Shown here one piece after another: positions 39,680-54,935 of a stretch of 64,000 bases of DNA. Origin of the DNA: Octopus sinensis (lineage: Eukaryota); assembly GCF_006345805.1 (NCBI RefSeq), contig NC_043005.1, forward strand, positions 50,778,001-50,842,000, in the 5' to 3' direction. The notes beneath the pieces are model-generated. The model was not told where the DNA came from. It saw only the letters and a list, made by a program, of their open reading frames with translations, and did not search any database. Numbering within the stretch: the stretch's first letter is position 1; each line of letters begins with the position of its first letter. Both the position numbers and the translations under genes were made by a program.

Positions 39680-39994
39680 TCGGATGGACCCTCCTAGCCA
39701 TTCAGTGTTTTAAAATACTATTATATTTTTGTCCTTAACCTTTAGCACACTGTAGGCGCATCGTGTTACCATATGAGTTTTTTCCTCTGTAGTAACAGGA
39801 CAGTAACAGAGGAAACAAATCAAGAGAATATTCAGTGTGCTAAAGTCTAAATATTATTAACAATTGCATTAAAAAAGTTGTTAAAATATGTTGTGTATTA
39901 TTGAAGTATAACTAATTTATTGCACATAAATTTTGACAGCAAAATCTTATATGAACACCCCAAGGGCCATATGGACCCCAGCTAAGAACCACTG
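39680..39994 (+). mobile_element. hAT-type MITE 3' part carrying a nested piggyBac-type MITE (39735-39850)
   Basis: Ends with GCTAAGAACCACTG. Internal insert is TTAACCTTTAGCACACTG ... CAGTGTGCTAAAG. Confidence 0.6.
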
Positions 39995-40136
39995 ATTTAA
40001 AACAGGAGCAAGCTAAGTATACGAAAATTTCATTAACTACACTTAAGTTGAGTGCACTGAAATTTGCTAATGGCTTGGCATCCTTAGAGGAACGTCTGCA
40101 AGTACAACATGTGTGTATATGTACGTATGTGTGTGT

Positions 40137-40181
<45 letters not shown>

Positions 40182-41472
40182 TGTGTGTGAGTGTGTGTGT
40201 TGTGCATCCGCGCGCGCGCATGTGCATGTGAGAGAGAGCGTGTTTGCATATAAATATAAGGCGAAATAAATATAACTATATAACTACAGTCTACAAGTTT
40301 ATGGTATAAATATAAATATTATTATTATTATTATCATTAATTCTTTCCTTCTTCAAATTTTATTATTATTATTATACATTTTGGATATGGTACAACATGA
40401 AATTGTGATATTTTTCATAACATTTTTATCAATCTATCAACATTGTGCATTTCAGGATGAATGGTTACTAAAGCCATATAAAGTACACTTAAGATCGTCG
40501 ACTTCATACTCTATACATTTCACTTGTGTATACAGTGGACACACGCACACACATACACACATACATACACATATGTACATACATATACATACATGCATGC
40601 ATGCATACATACTTACATACATACATGCATGCATACATACATAGAAATTTGCTCAAAAAACTAGAAATACTCGGTTTGATGGAAAAAGAGCAAAAGACGC
40701 TGACGCAGATTCTATAAATCTAATCTATTATTGCCACAGTGAAGATCAGTACGATGTTCCAAAAATTCTCCATATGAGACTTTTTTTGTCTTATGTGAAT
40801 AAATGCACACACTTGGGTGTATGCTTCGACATTTCATCCGACACACCAACTCAACAACATATTTACAAACGCATGGAATTCTCTAAACTCAAAATATTTT
40901 GTTGCCTTGTTAGCGACCGGCTTCCAACTCTCTCAAGAACTTAAATTAATCTCAAAGAAAAACCATACATACATACATACATGTGTGTATATTTATTATG
41001 TGCAATTATATAATACAGAGAGCGGATGATGTGCTGAATGACATCTATGAAAACTACTTTTCAAAGGAGTTGAAATTTGCTTTTGTTTTGTTGTTTTGTT
41101 TTGTTTTTTTTTAGTTGGCGAAATAAATTAAGAGCTCTCGTAACACTTTGTTGGAGTACTAAAAGAGATGACAGATAATTTTTTAACAATGAAAAAGATA
41201 TTTTACAGAAATGTGTGCGATATATATGTATGTAATCGCTTGGTAAGAAAGTAATTTCGTTTTTTGCAAATAGGTAGAGTTACATTTTCTTAGAATGACT
41301 TTTTGTCAATAATATGATTTTTTTCTTTTGACATTTGATAACCATTACCCTTAGCTTACTTTCGAAGCAAATTGCGAGTAATTTTGTTTACAGTTGTTAG
41401 TCCAGTGTCAATTTTAACGAACATTTTCACCATATGTGCGTGTGTGGAGTGGACATGCGCAGAAGGGTGTTG

Positions 41473-42790
41473 CTATAGCAACCAGCTAGCTTCCTGTAAC
41501 TCCCTTCTATTATTGATTTTGGGTTTCTTTTGGTGTATGAGGATAGCCTCAGAGATTCTAAGGTTGCCCCTGTTCCGCTGTGTTGCCTTGATGTGCACAG
41601 TAAACTCCCGGGTCTGGCATTTCCGTAGATGTTTCTTCACGGAAGTATTTACCTGCATATGTTCCTTAATGCGTACATGCAGTTTTCTTGTCGTGCTTCC
41701 GATGTAGGATGCGCCACATTTTCCACAGATGATCTCATATATGACATAGGTCCTTTGGTACAATTCAGGGTCATTGATGTTCGACAATGTGCACTCCTCA
41801 GAGTAGTGAGAGGTGTTGTTCTTGGACAGAGCTTTTCTCAGAGAAGGGCCGGTGTGCACTATCTGTATGTCGAGTCCTTGCCTGTGGACTGCGTGTTGTA
41901 TTGCTGCAGTAATTCTGTCGTCAAAGTGTGATAGCTTTAGGAAGCACGTGTCAGACTTGGAAGTATGCTGGTTCTTCAGGAGTTTATTGACCTTGATGTT
42001 CTTCAGGCGCCGTTGTTTAGCTAAAGATGGTGGGTAGCCATTCAGGGTTAAATCTCTAGGGAACTCTTTGGTGAACACAGCTTTGTCGGTCACGCTGCTG
42101 CAGTTGTTGTTTATACTTGCAATCTCGTTTCTCTTTGGCTCTGGTGGACAAGGCTGATTAGTAGTGGACGAAAAGTTTTCTATTAGCGGCGTTTCTATAG
42201 AATTTGGTAAATATGGAGTCTTCCCCTGTGATCTTAAGTCGAAAGTCGAGTAGAGAAAGGGTTCTGGATTCGTCTGGATGTTCAATCTCGAATTTTATAT
42301 TTATGTTGGTGTTATTGAAGGTCCGGTATATGTTAATGGCCTCATCCCTGGAGGACGTGATAAGGATGTCATCAACGTACCTGGAGAAGAAGATGCCTGA
42401 GCGGCAGGTGTTGAGTGCTGTGTGTTCTAGCTTATCCATGTACGTGATGGCCAGCAGACCTGAAAGGCTAGATCCTATAGGTAGGCCGGAAGTCTGTTTG
42501 TAAATCACACCGTTATATTGAAAGTAGGTGTTACCAACTATAATAGTAACCCTCGTATGTCCGAGGGTGTGAGGCCGAAGAGCTGGAGGTTGATGGATGG
42601 GGGTGTGAGACAAGATGAAAGAGAAGATGGGGAGGAGACGGTTGCAGAGGAAGGGGGGATAGATGAGGAGGGAGGTGGGGGCGATAATGACGTGATGTTG
42701 TCTATGAGGATATCAACGGCCGGGAGAGCGGGTACAGAGTTGTAGAGGGAAACTACGTCTAAACTAAAAGAGTATTTGTTAGTTTAAAGT
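41473..42790 (-). pseudogene. Penelope-like retroelement RT + GIY-YIG (frameshifted)
   Basis: FSLDVVSLYNSVP; YFQYNGVIYKQTSGLPIGSSLS; RYVDDI; SLLDF; YVIYEIICGKCGASYIGSTTRKLHVRIKEH; EAILIHQKKPKIN. Confidence 0.92.
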
Positions 42791-43147
42791 ATGGAGGGGT
42801 CGAAGTTATCGTTTTCGAATTTGTTAAACTATCTTCGGCAATTCTGAACACCCACACTATGTGTTTTCATTTCCATTACATTTATTGCATTGTGCCGTGG
42901 AAAGTCGTAAAGCATCCAACGCCGAATTAGCAGCTCACTAAAATTCTTGTTGCCTATGGGCTCTCAGACACAGCATATACACATAGCATGCGTCCACATT
43001 AACGTTTGGTCCTTAACACTATTCTGGGTATTGCAAGGATACCTTGTAATCTAATTTATTGCTTGATATTAGACTATTCGCTTAAAAGTAAAGTATATTA
43101 CATTTCGGTGCCCTTAATATAAACATGTGAGTGTTGTGTGTGTGTGC

Positions 43148-43196
<49 letters not shown>

Positions 43197-43576
43197 TGTG
43201 TAAACAGGCAGTCCTACGATGGCTTAACTAGCTGAAACATCGAAGTCACTATCAATAATTTGTGTTCTGTACAATCGTATAGAGTAACCCTTAGCTTAAT
43301 GTAAAATTGCTTTTATTTTAACTGAAAATGAAAACAAACATATATGTGTGGGAGTATGTGAACACAAGGAGATAGATGGGTAAGTAGATAGACAGATACA
43401 TACATATATATACATACATGCATACATACATGCATAAACATCCGCAAGACAGAAATTTTCCCAAACGTGTGTATGTGTGTAAGTGTGTGTGTCTGTGTGT
43501 GAGTGTGTGCGTGAGTAAGTGTGTTTGTGTGTGCGTATTTCCACGTGTGCGTACGCTTGCGTAGTGTGCAGATTTG

Positions 43577-43635
<59 letters not shown>

Positions 43636-44086
43636 ATAAAGAGGAAAATGTGTGCAGCCAGTTCTTTATGTTTAAATTCTCGATAACCTATCGACGTTCA
43701 ATCACAGGTTATACATGAATAAATTTTATTTGAATATATACAATTTTATAAAAGCCTGTGTATATACATACACACACACACACACATAATCTGTTCCATT
43801 ATGACTGTGTAAACTACTGCCTACAGATTTATAGTATAAATATATTCGACGTAATGTGTTTTTTTTTTCTTTTTTTACTTTTAAATAAAGCGCCACCAAA
43901 TACTGTAACTCTTTTAATACGTTTCTCTAGTAATGTATCGCCAACTTTGTACCTTTTGACATAAAACGTTAAGAAAGCAATAAGTGCACTTAAAACCATC
44001 GATTTTCTTGCAGCGTCACTGTATACCAGTGTACGTGTGACGGTATATATACATATGTATCTGCATGTATGTAATGTATGTGTATG

Positions 44087-44150
<64 letters not shown>

Positions 44151-44199
44151 ATATATATGTACAGCAACATATATTATGGGGTTATTTGCTCGCAATAAA

Positions 44200-44820
44200 A
44201 ATTCACCTATGGAAACATATATACTGTAAGTAATTCGGATAGGTGGTTATGTACTGAATGACATGCACAAGAATACTGTAAAGGAATTGAAATTTATCTT
44301 TTAGTTGGTAAAGCGATGCAAAAACTTTCATAGCAATTTTTAGCGACTCTGAAATAAATTGAAGTGGTGGGGGAGATAATTTTAAAAAACTATGAAGAAT
44401 TCATTTTTACAAAAATATGGTATATCATGTATAATGTATTTGTTGTCTTTGTTGTTATGTAATATGAGAGTTTTTGATACGTTTTGGCTGTATTAGCTCT
44501 TGTCAGTGTAGTTTTCTTAATTCTGCTTCTGTTGGTATAGAATTACTACTATGGTTTGAAAAAGTGTTACGACCAATGTTGACTAGTATAATTTTTGATT
44601 ATTACAAAAGTTGAACTGAAGGAAATAACCGAAGTGGGAATAAGGACATGAATTCGCATAATTCAGATAGATGAGGTGTGTTTGGTCATAACATTCAGAA
44701 AATTCATAATGGAATGAAAATTGCCTTTGAAACGGTGAAGGCAAAATATAAAGTAGTTGAGGTTGTGAGAAATATTGCGAAATGAGAATTTAATTTTGAT
44801 TGAAAGGGTACACTATATAT
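44200..44820 (-). pseudogene. Highly decayed PLE ORF remnant (tentative)
   Basis: Scattered motifs YSVPF, HRF and terminal FHR..F-like only, with many stops. Confidence 0.3.
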
Positions 44821-45622
44821 GTGTATGTGGGAGATTTGAGAATATGTGCATGATGAGAAAAATGTACGCAATCATATCACTATATTTAAAATTCCAGATG
44901 ACTTATTTCAGCTCCATCTCCCGTTTTACGTACTTTAATTTAATTTAGTTATTGTTACACAAATAAGTATGTGTACGTATGTATATATATATGAATTTAT
45001 GTATGTTTGTACGTATTGATGGATGAGTGTATGTATGTACTTTGCCTAGTAAAAAATTGAACTGATTGTTTCTCTTCGCTTCAAGGCGTGTATATTGTTT
45101 CCTTTCTTTTCCATTATAGATTTCACATCCGATTTCCTACTTTTATTTTGACCGTGGTTCCCGTTTGAGTCTTGCTACCGGGAGCTCAAGCATTAGCTTC
45201 GAACAGATTAGCTGACATTTCTTTTAAAAAATCTTCGCGTTTACAAGTTACATAACACTAATTAGTGAATTTGTCATCACTATTTTGTTAAAAGCCGATC
45301 ACATTTTAGGTATTGTCTTCTGTATATATCTTTTATATGTTACTTTGTTTTAGTCAGCGGCCTGCGGCCATGCTAGATTACCGCTGTGTACGGTTTTATT
45401 CGAAAGAATCGCCCTCAATACTTATCTTTTATAAACTTGGTACTTCTATCGGTCTCTTGTACCGAACTGTTACAGTGCCTTAAACAAATCAACACCGGTT
45501 TGTAGACAAACACAAACACATAGACAAGCACAGACATACACACACACACATACATACATGCATACATAAATGCATTCATACACACACGCACACACACACA
45601 TACACACACACACATATATACA

Positions 45623-46333
45623 CAGGGTGTTTGGGTTAAATTTGGCGATTTGTAAGGTCTTTTTTTTTTCAGGAACAGCTAGATGTATTGTTGAACAGTC
45701 AACAGCCTTGGCGAGCGACATCACATGAGCATTATTAAAACCAAGTTCCCACAAACTAGGATAGTCTTTGGACGTGTCTCCGATGAGGATGACGGCATGC
45801 CATCCCTTAGGCTCAATTGAAACAGCTATGTGAAGTCGCTAGAGATTGTGGTTAAATTCTATCTCAAGACAGTTGCTGCTAGAAGGCCATGTGTCGCAGA
45901 AGGATTCGGCACCTTGCCATACCTCCGGAAGGAATCAAAATTGGTTGTCGCAGAATTTTTATGACCTCACCAATCCCAATTACTGGCCTCCTAATTCCCC
46001 CTACCCCGCATACAATCCCATGGATTACTATGTGTGAAGCGCAGATGAGAAATATACAAATCTCTTTCTGTCTGCAGCACCAAGGCCGAGCTGGTAACCA
46101 AGACCAAGGAGGTATTCAAAGATCATTCCAGGGACACAGTGAGAAACGCACGTGCCAGGTTCTAGAGTCGTCTTGGAGCAGTGATGATAACCGAGGCCGG
46201 CTACTTTGAATAAGCTGTGATCTCTCAGACATAATTTAGTCGATATTTTTTTAGTTTTTTAAATACTTCTATCTTTGGATGGCATACTGAGTTTTATTTT
46301 ATGCAAACTATCAAATTTAGCCTGAATATCCTT
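45623..46333 (+). mobile_element. Internally deleted Tc1/mariner (DD37D/maT-like) element inserted in a SINE B
   Basis: TIR-like ends CAGGGTGTTTGGGTTAAATTTG and CAAATTTAGCCTGAATATCCTT. Translation gives QKDSAPCH...WPPNSP...NPMDYYV. SINE B sequence lies on both sides. Confidence 0.75.
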
Positions 46334-46429
46334 TATACCAAAATCCACTCATAAAACTTTGGTCGGGCCGGCTCTAGAGAAGAAGACGCGTTACTCAGTG
46401 GAACTGCTTGCTGAACAATAATAATGATA

Positions 46430-46836
46430 TTGGTTTCAAATGTTGGCACAGGGACAGGAATTACGGGGGAGACTCCCAGTGTTGCAACTAGAACTTAATT
46501 TATCGATCCCGAAAGGATGAAAGACAAAGTGGACCTCTATGGAATTTGAACTTAAAACGTGAAGACGGACGAAATGCTGCAAAGTATTTTGGCCGGCGTG
46601 CTAACGGTTCTGCTAGCTTACTGCTTTGACAATAATAGTACTATTGGTTTCACATTTTGGCACAAGGCTAGAGATTTTTAAGGCGGGGTAAATCGATTAC
46701 ATCGACCTCAGTATTAACAGGTACTTATTTTATCGAACTCGAAAGGATGAAATGCAAAGTCGACGTCGGCGAATTTGAACTCAGAGCGTAAAGGCAGACG
46801 AAATGCCGCTAAGCATTTTGCCCAGCATGCTAACGA
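46430..46836 (-). mobile_element. Two tandem SINE A copies
   Basis: GAAAGGATGAAA...GAATTTGAACT...GACGAAATGC occurs twice. Confidence 0.8.
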
Positions 46837-46916
46837 CAATAATAATAATATTAGTTGTTGACTGACATCTCTTACCCATCTCGTCGCATAATTTTTCGCT
46901 GTGAAATTACCTGATT

Positions 46917-47043
46917 TGGGTTAGGGTTTAGGGCTAGGATTACGGTTAGGGTTTGCGGTTAAAGTTAGTGTTTAGAGTTAGGGTTAGGATAAGGGTTAGG
47001 GATTAGGCTTAGGCTGAAGGTTAGAATTAAAGTTTAGGTTAGA
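46917..47043 (+). repeat. Degenerate interstitial (TTAGGG)n-like tract
   Basis: GGGTTAGGGTTTAGGGCTAGGATTACGGTTAGGG... Confidence 0.7.
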
Positions 47044-48002
47044 CCGAATGCTAAAGTCAAAATGGTCAAGTCGACCGCACACTAAAATGGCACCATTATT
47101 TGAAGGCTAACTTTTTAATGTTCATTGCATTAAACATATTAACGCTAATTAACCTTTGTAAGTTAGTACCAATATATTAAATATATGCTTCATAATAATT
47201 CTTGGTTGTTAACACATGAATATATATCGAAAATTATTACTTGTATATTGCTTTCTTATAGTTGAACCATACCAATATTGACCAGGAACTGAGAGACACA
47301 ATCGAATCATCCGTCACATGACGGTAGGCCAAACGAACCAATCAAATGTGGGATTCTGAAAAGCAATGGCAAATTCTCTCACTTCAATATGCAACACGGA
47401 TCAGCTGGGAGTTAAGGTTATCAAGAACTAGTGTTTAGAAAGCGGTAATAAGAGCTTTCAACTGAAAAAAAAAGAAAACTAAAGGAAATGTTCATGTAAT
47501 ATAGAAGAGATCAGTGAATGGGTCACATAAAGATGAAAGCCTTTGATTCATAGAATCAAACTTGCATAGTGCCCTTCAAAAAAGGACGGATTTTATTTTT
47601 GTTTGCAGCCATTACTTCTTAATCTTTCTGCTCAGTGTGCTGCTCCATTTACTTCCTGAGTTTCAATTAGTCCCTTTGCAATTATTCTTATTCTTTTTAT
47701 CTAGACCTTGATTCCCTTTCTTCTTTTTTTTTCTCTTCACTTTTTTTTTTTTTTTGTCTCTTACAGCATTTCAACTCAAATTGACGTTGATCATTGACTT
47801 CTTCCTTCCTCTGATAATTTTCGTCTCCTTTCAAACAGATCAAACTCAAGTAGTTTCTCTCTGACTGAGAATTTTCTCGTCCATTTGACTTGCAATTACC
47901 TGCTGTATATTTGGAACGACGTCGCTTCACTTCTTCCCTCCTCTCATTAATTGATCATACTGACTCACATATTTCATTATTTCTTCTCTCCCCTTATCCC
48001 AT

Positions 48003-48045
<43 letters not shown>

Positions 48046-48058
48046 CTATATATATATA

Positions 48059-48091
<33 letters not shown>

Positions 48092-48492
48092 ATACATATA
48101 TATACATATATATATACATATATATATATACATATATATAATATATATAAACATATATATATATATATATATACATATATATAAACATATATATATAGAA
48201 TATATATATATATATATACATATATATATAGATATATATATATATATACATATATATAGATATATATATATATATACTATATATATATTACATATATATA
48301 TAGATATATATATATATACATATATATAGATATATATAGATATATACATATATATAATAGATAGATAGATAGATAGATAGATACAAATTCATTTCAATCA
48401 AAACCCGTCTTCCGTTTATTTTCCCACCATCTGCCTACGTGCATACGTACGCATCACGCGCACACATACACAAACACACATACACACGCGCA

Positions 48493-48540
<48 letters not shown>

Positions 48541-48757
48541 AACAAACAAAGAAACGCACAACACATACACAACGCAAACACAGTGAACGTGCCATATGCA
48601 AACTACACAACAGATGACACTAAATATTGGGGTCAGCTCGCTTTTCCGAAGATGAAAAGCTGACCAGAGCCTTGGTCCACTATCACACAAACATATGTGG
48701 TTTAGGGATGGAAATGTGCTTCTACGTGTGAACGTGGCGGTGTGTATATGTATGTGT

Positions 48758-48796
<39 letters not shown>

Positions 48797-48816
48797 TGTG
48801 TGAATGTGGTGCGCTT

Positions 48817-50055
48817 CGCGAGGGTGGCCTGAAAAGTTCATTGGCTTCTTCACGACTGCATTGTTTTCTACCTGATAAACTAACATCTGAGTGTTGAAAG
48901 AGGCCTTCAAAAGTAACTAGTACCGACTTCTCTTAAATCGTCCAAATTTGGCATCGTGGTGTTATCAAGTACCTGTAGAAAAAAAAGGTTTAGCCCGCCC
49001 CCAACAACATTCATAGTGACATGTTTACTACATTAGGGGATGACGCTCCAGCTTTATCAGTCGTGAAAAAGTGGGGAGCTGAATTTAGGAGGGAAGAGAG
49101 AGTCTTGTAGATGACCCAGGGTCTGGACCTCCTACAACTGCTACCACCGAGGAAAACATTGATCGTATTCACCACATGGTGATAGATGACATGCGATTGA
49201 CTATAAATGAGATAGTCAATGTTATTAACAAATCCCGTGGCAGAGTTGACATTGTTCTGCACACTGAACTTGTCATGACGAAGGTTTCTGCTCGATGGGT
49301 GCCACGTCTTCGGCCAGCTGATCAAAAGCATACCAGGCTGATCACATCACGGGAAAACCTGACATTATTTGAGGCAGATCCAGCTGGCTTTCTTGAACGT
49401 TTCCTAGCCCAGGATGAGTGGTAGTTGAACACTTTGAACTAGAGATAAAGAGACAATCTATACAGTGAAAACACTCCTCCTCACCTGGTCCAAAGAGGGC
49501 CAACGTCACTTCATCTGCAGTGAAGATGAAGGCCTCAGTTTTTCGGGATGCAAAAGCAGTGTGTTTGTTGACTAAGTTGAAAAGGGTCACACCATCAATG
49601 GAAAGTACTATGCCAATTAGCTGAGGCAGTTAAGGAGGATTCTTAAGACCAAGAGCCCAGGAAAACAGATGAAAGAGGTTTTGTTTCATCAGGACAATGA
49701 TCCAACACACAAGTCATTGTTTTCAATGGCTGCTGTACTGACTGTGGCTTTGAACTGATTGGTTACCCTCCCTAATTTCCTGCTTTGGCTCCATCTGACT
49801 ATCGTCTGTCCTCAACATGAAATAAACACCTGTCTGAGAACTAATATCGCCGTGATGATGACTCCATATCGGCTGTTGATGACGTTTTTCATTGACAGGA
49901 TGAAACCTTTTTCACGAATGAGATCCCAGCACAGCAATACCAATAGAAGAAGTGTGTGGACCGTAAGGGAAACTATGCTAAAAATTAAACCTCATTTGAT
50001 CACATTCCATGCGAGTGTCATGGTCGATCTATTAACTTTTCAGTAAACTCTCGTA
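48817..50055 (+). mobile_element. Near full-length decayed mariner (irritans/Himar-like)
   Basis: TIRs CGAGGGTGGCCTGAAAAGTT and AACTTTTCAGTAAACTCTCGTA, ~1.24 kb apart. Motifs KVSARWVPRL, AQDEW, TINGKYYA and FHQDN are present. Confidence 0.9.
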
Positions 50056-50660
50056 TATTGTTCTAGCAAAAGTAAATGCTGCAAGTCTGTTAGATTAGCG
50101 GGATCATTTCTTTAAAAAATTCTTTTTCTTTGCCTGATATTTCTTAAACCAAACATATCAAGAATAACAGCAAGACAAGCTTGATATATATTTGTCAGTC
50201 GACAAATATATCTCAAGCTATATATTGCGATTTTATATCCAATTTAAAGAATCCGATTTCTTGTTATCGTGTTAAGATTCATGCCAATGAACATTTACCG
50301 TTTTTGCCACATCACGAACTTTCATATGGAGCCTTGCTCAGCACCAATTTTTCTGCTCACGGCGTCACATGTTTAGATTCACAGTCCATACTGGGGCCTC
50401 AAAACCTGTATTTTGTGTTTGCGAAGCAGACTTCTTAAATTATTTTTGCATGTATATATTATATATAATATTATATATTATAATATATATATATATAATA
50501 TATAATGTGCCTATGCGCGCCTATCTGCGCGAGTATGTGTGTAATATACATATATGCTATATATATATATATATGCATTTATATATATATATGTATATGT
50601 ATTCATATATATATATGCATATGTGTGCACGTGTGTGTGTGCGTGTGTATATGTATGTGG

Positions 50661-50749
<89 letters not shown>

Positions 50750-51284
50750 TAGATGTATATATACATGTATTCCTAAGTTCTACTGTCACCATCCTTCAAT
50801 CTATCTCTGGAAGCAAATTCCTGTCCATCCCCGCCCTCGCCTCTCCACGTATCATCCACGGACATTGCCTCTTTGACTTCCTTTGCAGCCGACCATTTCT
50901 CATTATCTGCGCCTGGAAACAAACCAAAACCAGAAATTTCCACACACATTCACATACGAATATTATTATACATAATTAATTGTCCTGAATCGACGCATGC
51001 GCAAACACAAAATTATTTATTCGAAAGTATGATGTTCGTGTGGTTATGTACGTAGAGATGGATGGAAGGATGGATGGATGGATGGAGGGATGAACTGATG
51101 TAAACGGTATTAAAAATACTTTTGATCAGTTCTTCGTGTTAGTAACAGCTTGTACACATTATCTAGAACTGATTTCTTAACTGAATCGATCGTTATATGC
51201 AATATATTACTCAAAATGAAATAACATAGTAATTTATATATTTATTTGCTATGCGTGTATATATGTGTATATATATATATGTGC

Positions 51285-51315
<31 letters not shown>

Positions 51316-51646
51316 TATAATGTATGTATATGTATATATGTGTATATGCACATATATATATATATATATATACATATATGTATATAGATATATAAGCATG
51401 TATGTGTATGTATGTATGCATAAATATATATATGAGCGCATACACACATGCACTCACATGAAAATTCTAACAGTGTTAATAATTAGATTAGGTATATAAC
51501 CTGTGGTAAAGTGATATTAACATATACCCATATGTTAATATCGCTTTTGATGTACGCGTGTGTAAATATGTGTATGAATATATGTATGCGCATGTACATA
51601 TATGTGTGTGTATATATGTATGTATATGCACTTGCATATATATATA

Positions 51647-51696
<50 letters not shown>

Positions 51697-51816
51697 TATA
51701 CACATATATGTATATTATGTATATGCATTAACATTATAAAATGCGTACAGATATATGTACATTTGTCTGTGTCTTTCTGTCTTTATAGATATGCATATAT
51801 GTGTGTGTGTATACAT

Positions 51817-51855
<39 letters not shown>

Positions 51856-52516
51856 AATTGAGACAGATAGCATATTGAAAGAAAATCATGAATGGAGGAA
51901 TAAATGCGAGTGTAAAGAAGAAACGAAAATGTATCTATAAAATAGCAAATTAAACACGAAACGAACGTGTATACACACACACACACACACACCACACACA
52001 TATATATATTATATATATATATATATATATAATATATATATGTAACTGAAGAACACAACAACTACAACAATATAGAGAAACCTTAATAAACAATAACAAA
52101 TGCGGCAATTCAGTGGCTGGGAAATGAAATGGAGGAAAGATAGGAGAGAAATAACAAAATGAAAACAAAACATGTCAAAAGAAGTGAGAAATATATATAA
52201 ATGGAAAATGTACAACACTACAGGGGTGCTCTTGTTTGCTCTTGTTTATGGTTTTGCTTTATTTTTTTGCTAAAATATATATATACTCCCCGGCGTCTAC
52301 GTTAAGTCGATAATTGAAAAATCACTGCCACACGCAGGCACACACACAAACACACACACACAAACATACATATATATATATATACAAATATATATACATA
52401 CATATCTATATATATATATATATATCTATATCTATATATATATATCTATATCTATATATATATATATCTATATCTATATATATCTATATCTATATATATA
52501 TGTATATATACACACA

Positions 52517-52553
<37 letters not shown>

Positions 52554-54189
52554 GCATATATGCATGTATGCATATGTGATGTATATCTATATAGAGTGCG
52601 TACATGTGTGTGCTTGTGTATGTATGTGTCCATGTTATATATACAATACATATATAAATGGAGTGTTATAGGTGTATATACTGATATACTATGTATGCAC
52701 ACGTGTGTGATTTGTAATATTATATGCGTGTGTATATGTGTATATGCCTCTCCATATTATATATAGAGTATTTATAAGTATGGACTCTTATATATAGATA
52801 TGTATATATGTGTATGTGTGATTTGTAATACTAAACATTTTCTTGCACGTTTTTTTTTTTTCTGTAATTTAAAAATATAGAAAACGATCGTTTGAGGTTA
52901 TCAGTATTCTAGCAGCATATCGACACAGAAGCCATTGCCACCGACTATTGGCAGACTAATTCTTCGCCAGTGCCAGAAACAGGAGCAATTGTTTAACCTG
53001 TTGCATCAGCTTTATTTACCCCGATGGCATTGCTGAAAATCGTCATCAATTTACCTTGCAACAATGGTTGTTTCTGAGACAATTCCAGCTGTCTCGACAC
53101 AAAACATTGTTTATTAAGAGTCATTCAATCAGTAGGCACGATTCTATCATGTGATGCTTTTCACTCCCACATCGTTTATTTAAAGTTGACGTCGATTCAA
53201 TCGAGGGGACACTTTATGGACTCTATCTGGTGACGTTAGATATACATCGACTCACTGTTGCGGATTTACTCTTTTCGCCTCAGCACATTTTCTGTGGTAC
53301 AGACGGTGCATCGTGGACAATTGAAGCTACAGTTCCTCATTTTACACTTGCGTTTGGAACTGTTGCAAATGTTTTCTTTGTTCATTTATTAAGTTATTAT
53401 CTGAGCACAATATCATTATTTCTCTTATGTTATAACAGTTTCAATTGCTACTGGCTTATAGAGATGCCTCTCAAGCAGCTAGAGCTATCTTAGAACTATT
53501 ATAGGATCCTGGGCAAATTAATGCATTGGGTTCTATAACACTGTGTAACAAATTCTGTTTGTTTTTTTTTTTTTCAGCGTTTGTGGCAATGCTCTGAACA
53601 CCCGCTGCAAAAGATACGTCCAATGTTGCCACAGTTGTGCAAAAGAGTATCTATCTCTTGCAGAAAGGAAAAGCCACAACTATGCTGGTTTAACTCGTGG
53701 GATTCAACACGCTAGAAAGAACAGCTAGGTTCTATAACCACAAAAAAATAGGGATAAAATTCGACAGAAACGAAATGAAAAATAAAATTGGTCCAGGAAA
53801 CTTGATGGTAAAATGTTTTTATTTTTCATTTCGTTCCTGTCGAATTTTATCTCTAATTTTTGTGGGAAAAGAATGGTTCGAATATATTTCAAACAATAAT
53901 AGCAATTACTTCTTAGTTATGCACGTCAGCCGTTCGGTAGGAAGGTTTTCGAAACCCCAAATTTCGACGTGTTTGCAACAGTTTAATAATTCACATTTTC
54001 AGTGTAAAGCCAGTTTGTCTTGAAACAGCATATGAATATTATAATATAATATAATATAATGTAATTAAATATAAAGGACATCTGATGGAATGACCGTAAG
54101 AGACATGTCTGTTTTGGGATAGCTTTTTTTAAAAATTGACTAGTGAGTTTTAATTTAAATGAATTATGTAGTTTGTTTTGAATGAGCTC

Positions 54190-54935
54190 GTAGTTGTTTA
54201 CTTCGAATGTGCTCGGAAAAGCGATCGATAAGGCGACGGCTCGTTTCCCAAGCGTAAAGCGCACTACAAAGTTTGCAGGTGATGCAGTATATGTAATTGG
54301 AAGTAAGGTAGCAGATGTTATGCAAGATATGGTACTGTGTCTTAGACCCGATGATGATTGCATTATTGTTGATGTAGGAACAGCTGTAACACTGTCACCG
54401 AACGCGCTTAAAAGGGCATCATTGTGTATGGCCACATGCTATAGACCTTTTGACTTGAGGTTAACAAGCTTGCTATCTTTCTTCAAAGCCAAGAGTGCAG
54501 CATTTGGAGGTTGCTAATTAGTAGGCGTTTCAGTGGGTGGAAAGATGGGTAGAAGATGAGAAAGAGTTGGATCTAGTCTGTAGGTGAGCATAGAGAGAGA
54601 AGATTGCCTGGGTACAAGTGATCGTGGTTACCTTCGATTTAAAAAGAAACTTCATCCGAATCAACGCTGCAGAGTCACCGATACCGAAAAAATTAAGACA
54701 ACAATGTAGTAGATTTACTGTGCTTGAGATGAGAGGAAGAATAGCGAAAATAAGAGTGGGAATTAGTAAGCTTGTAGTAGAAGGATCTGGATAGGTGAAG
54801 TGAATATTGTTGATGGTAGTGGAGATATCGGGGAAAGTAATGGAAGTGTCAGATATGATAGAGGTTGATTCCAAGGTGAAGTGAAATCAGTCATTAAAAG
54901 AGATGAACATAAGTGGTGAGATGGTTGCACAGTCG
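54190..54935 (-). pseudogene. Penelope-like (Neptune-type) RT C-terminus + GIY-YIG remnant
   Basis: ISDTSITFPDI (FLD motif); QFLRYR.LCS-like; SNYIYCITCKLCSALYAWETSRRLIDRFSEHIRS in an unlisted frame. Confidence 0.75.
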
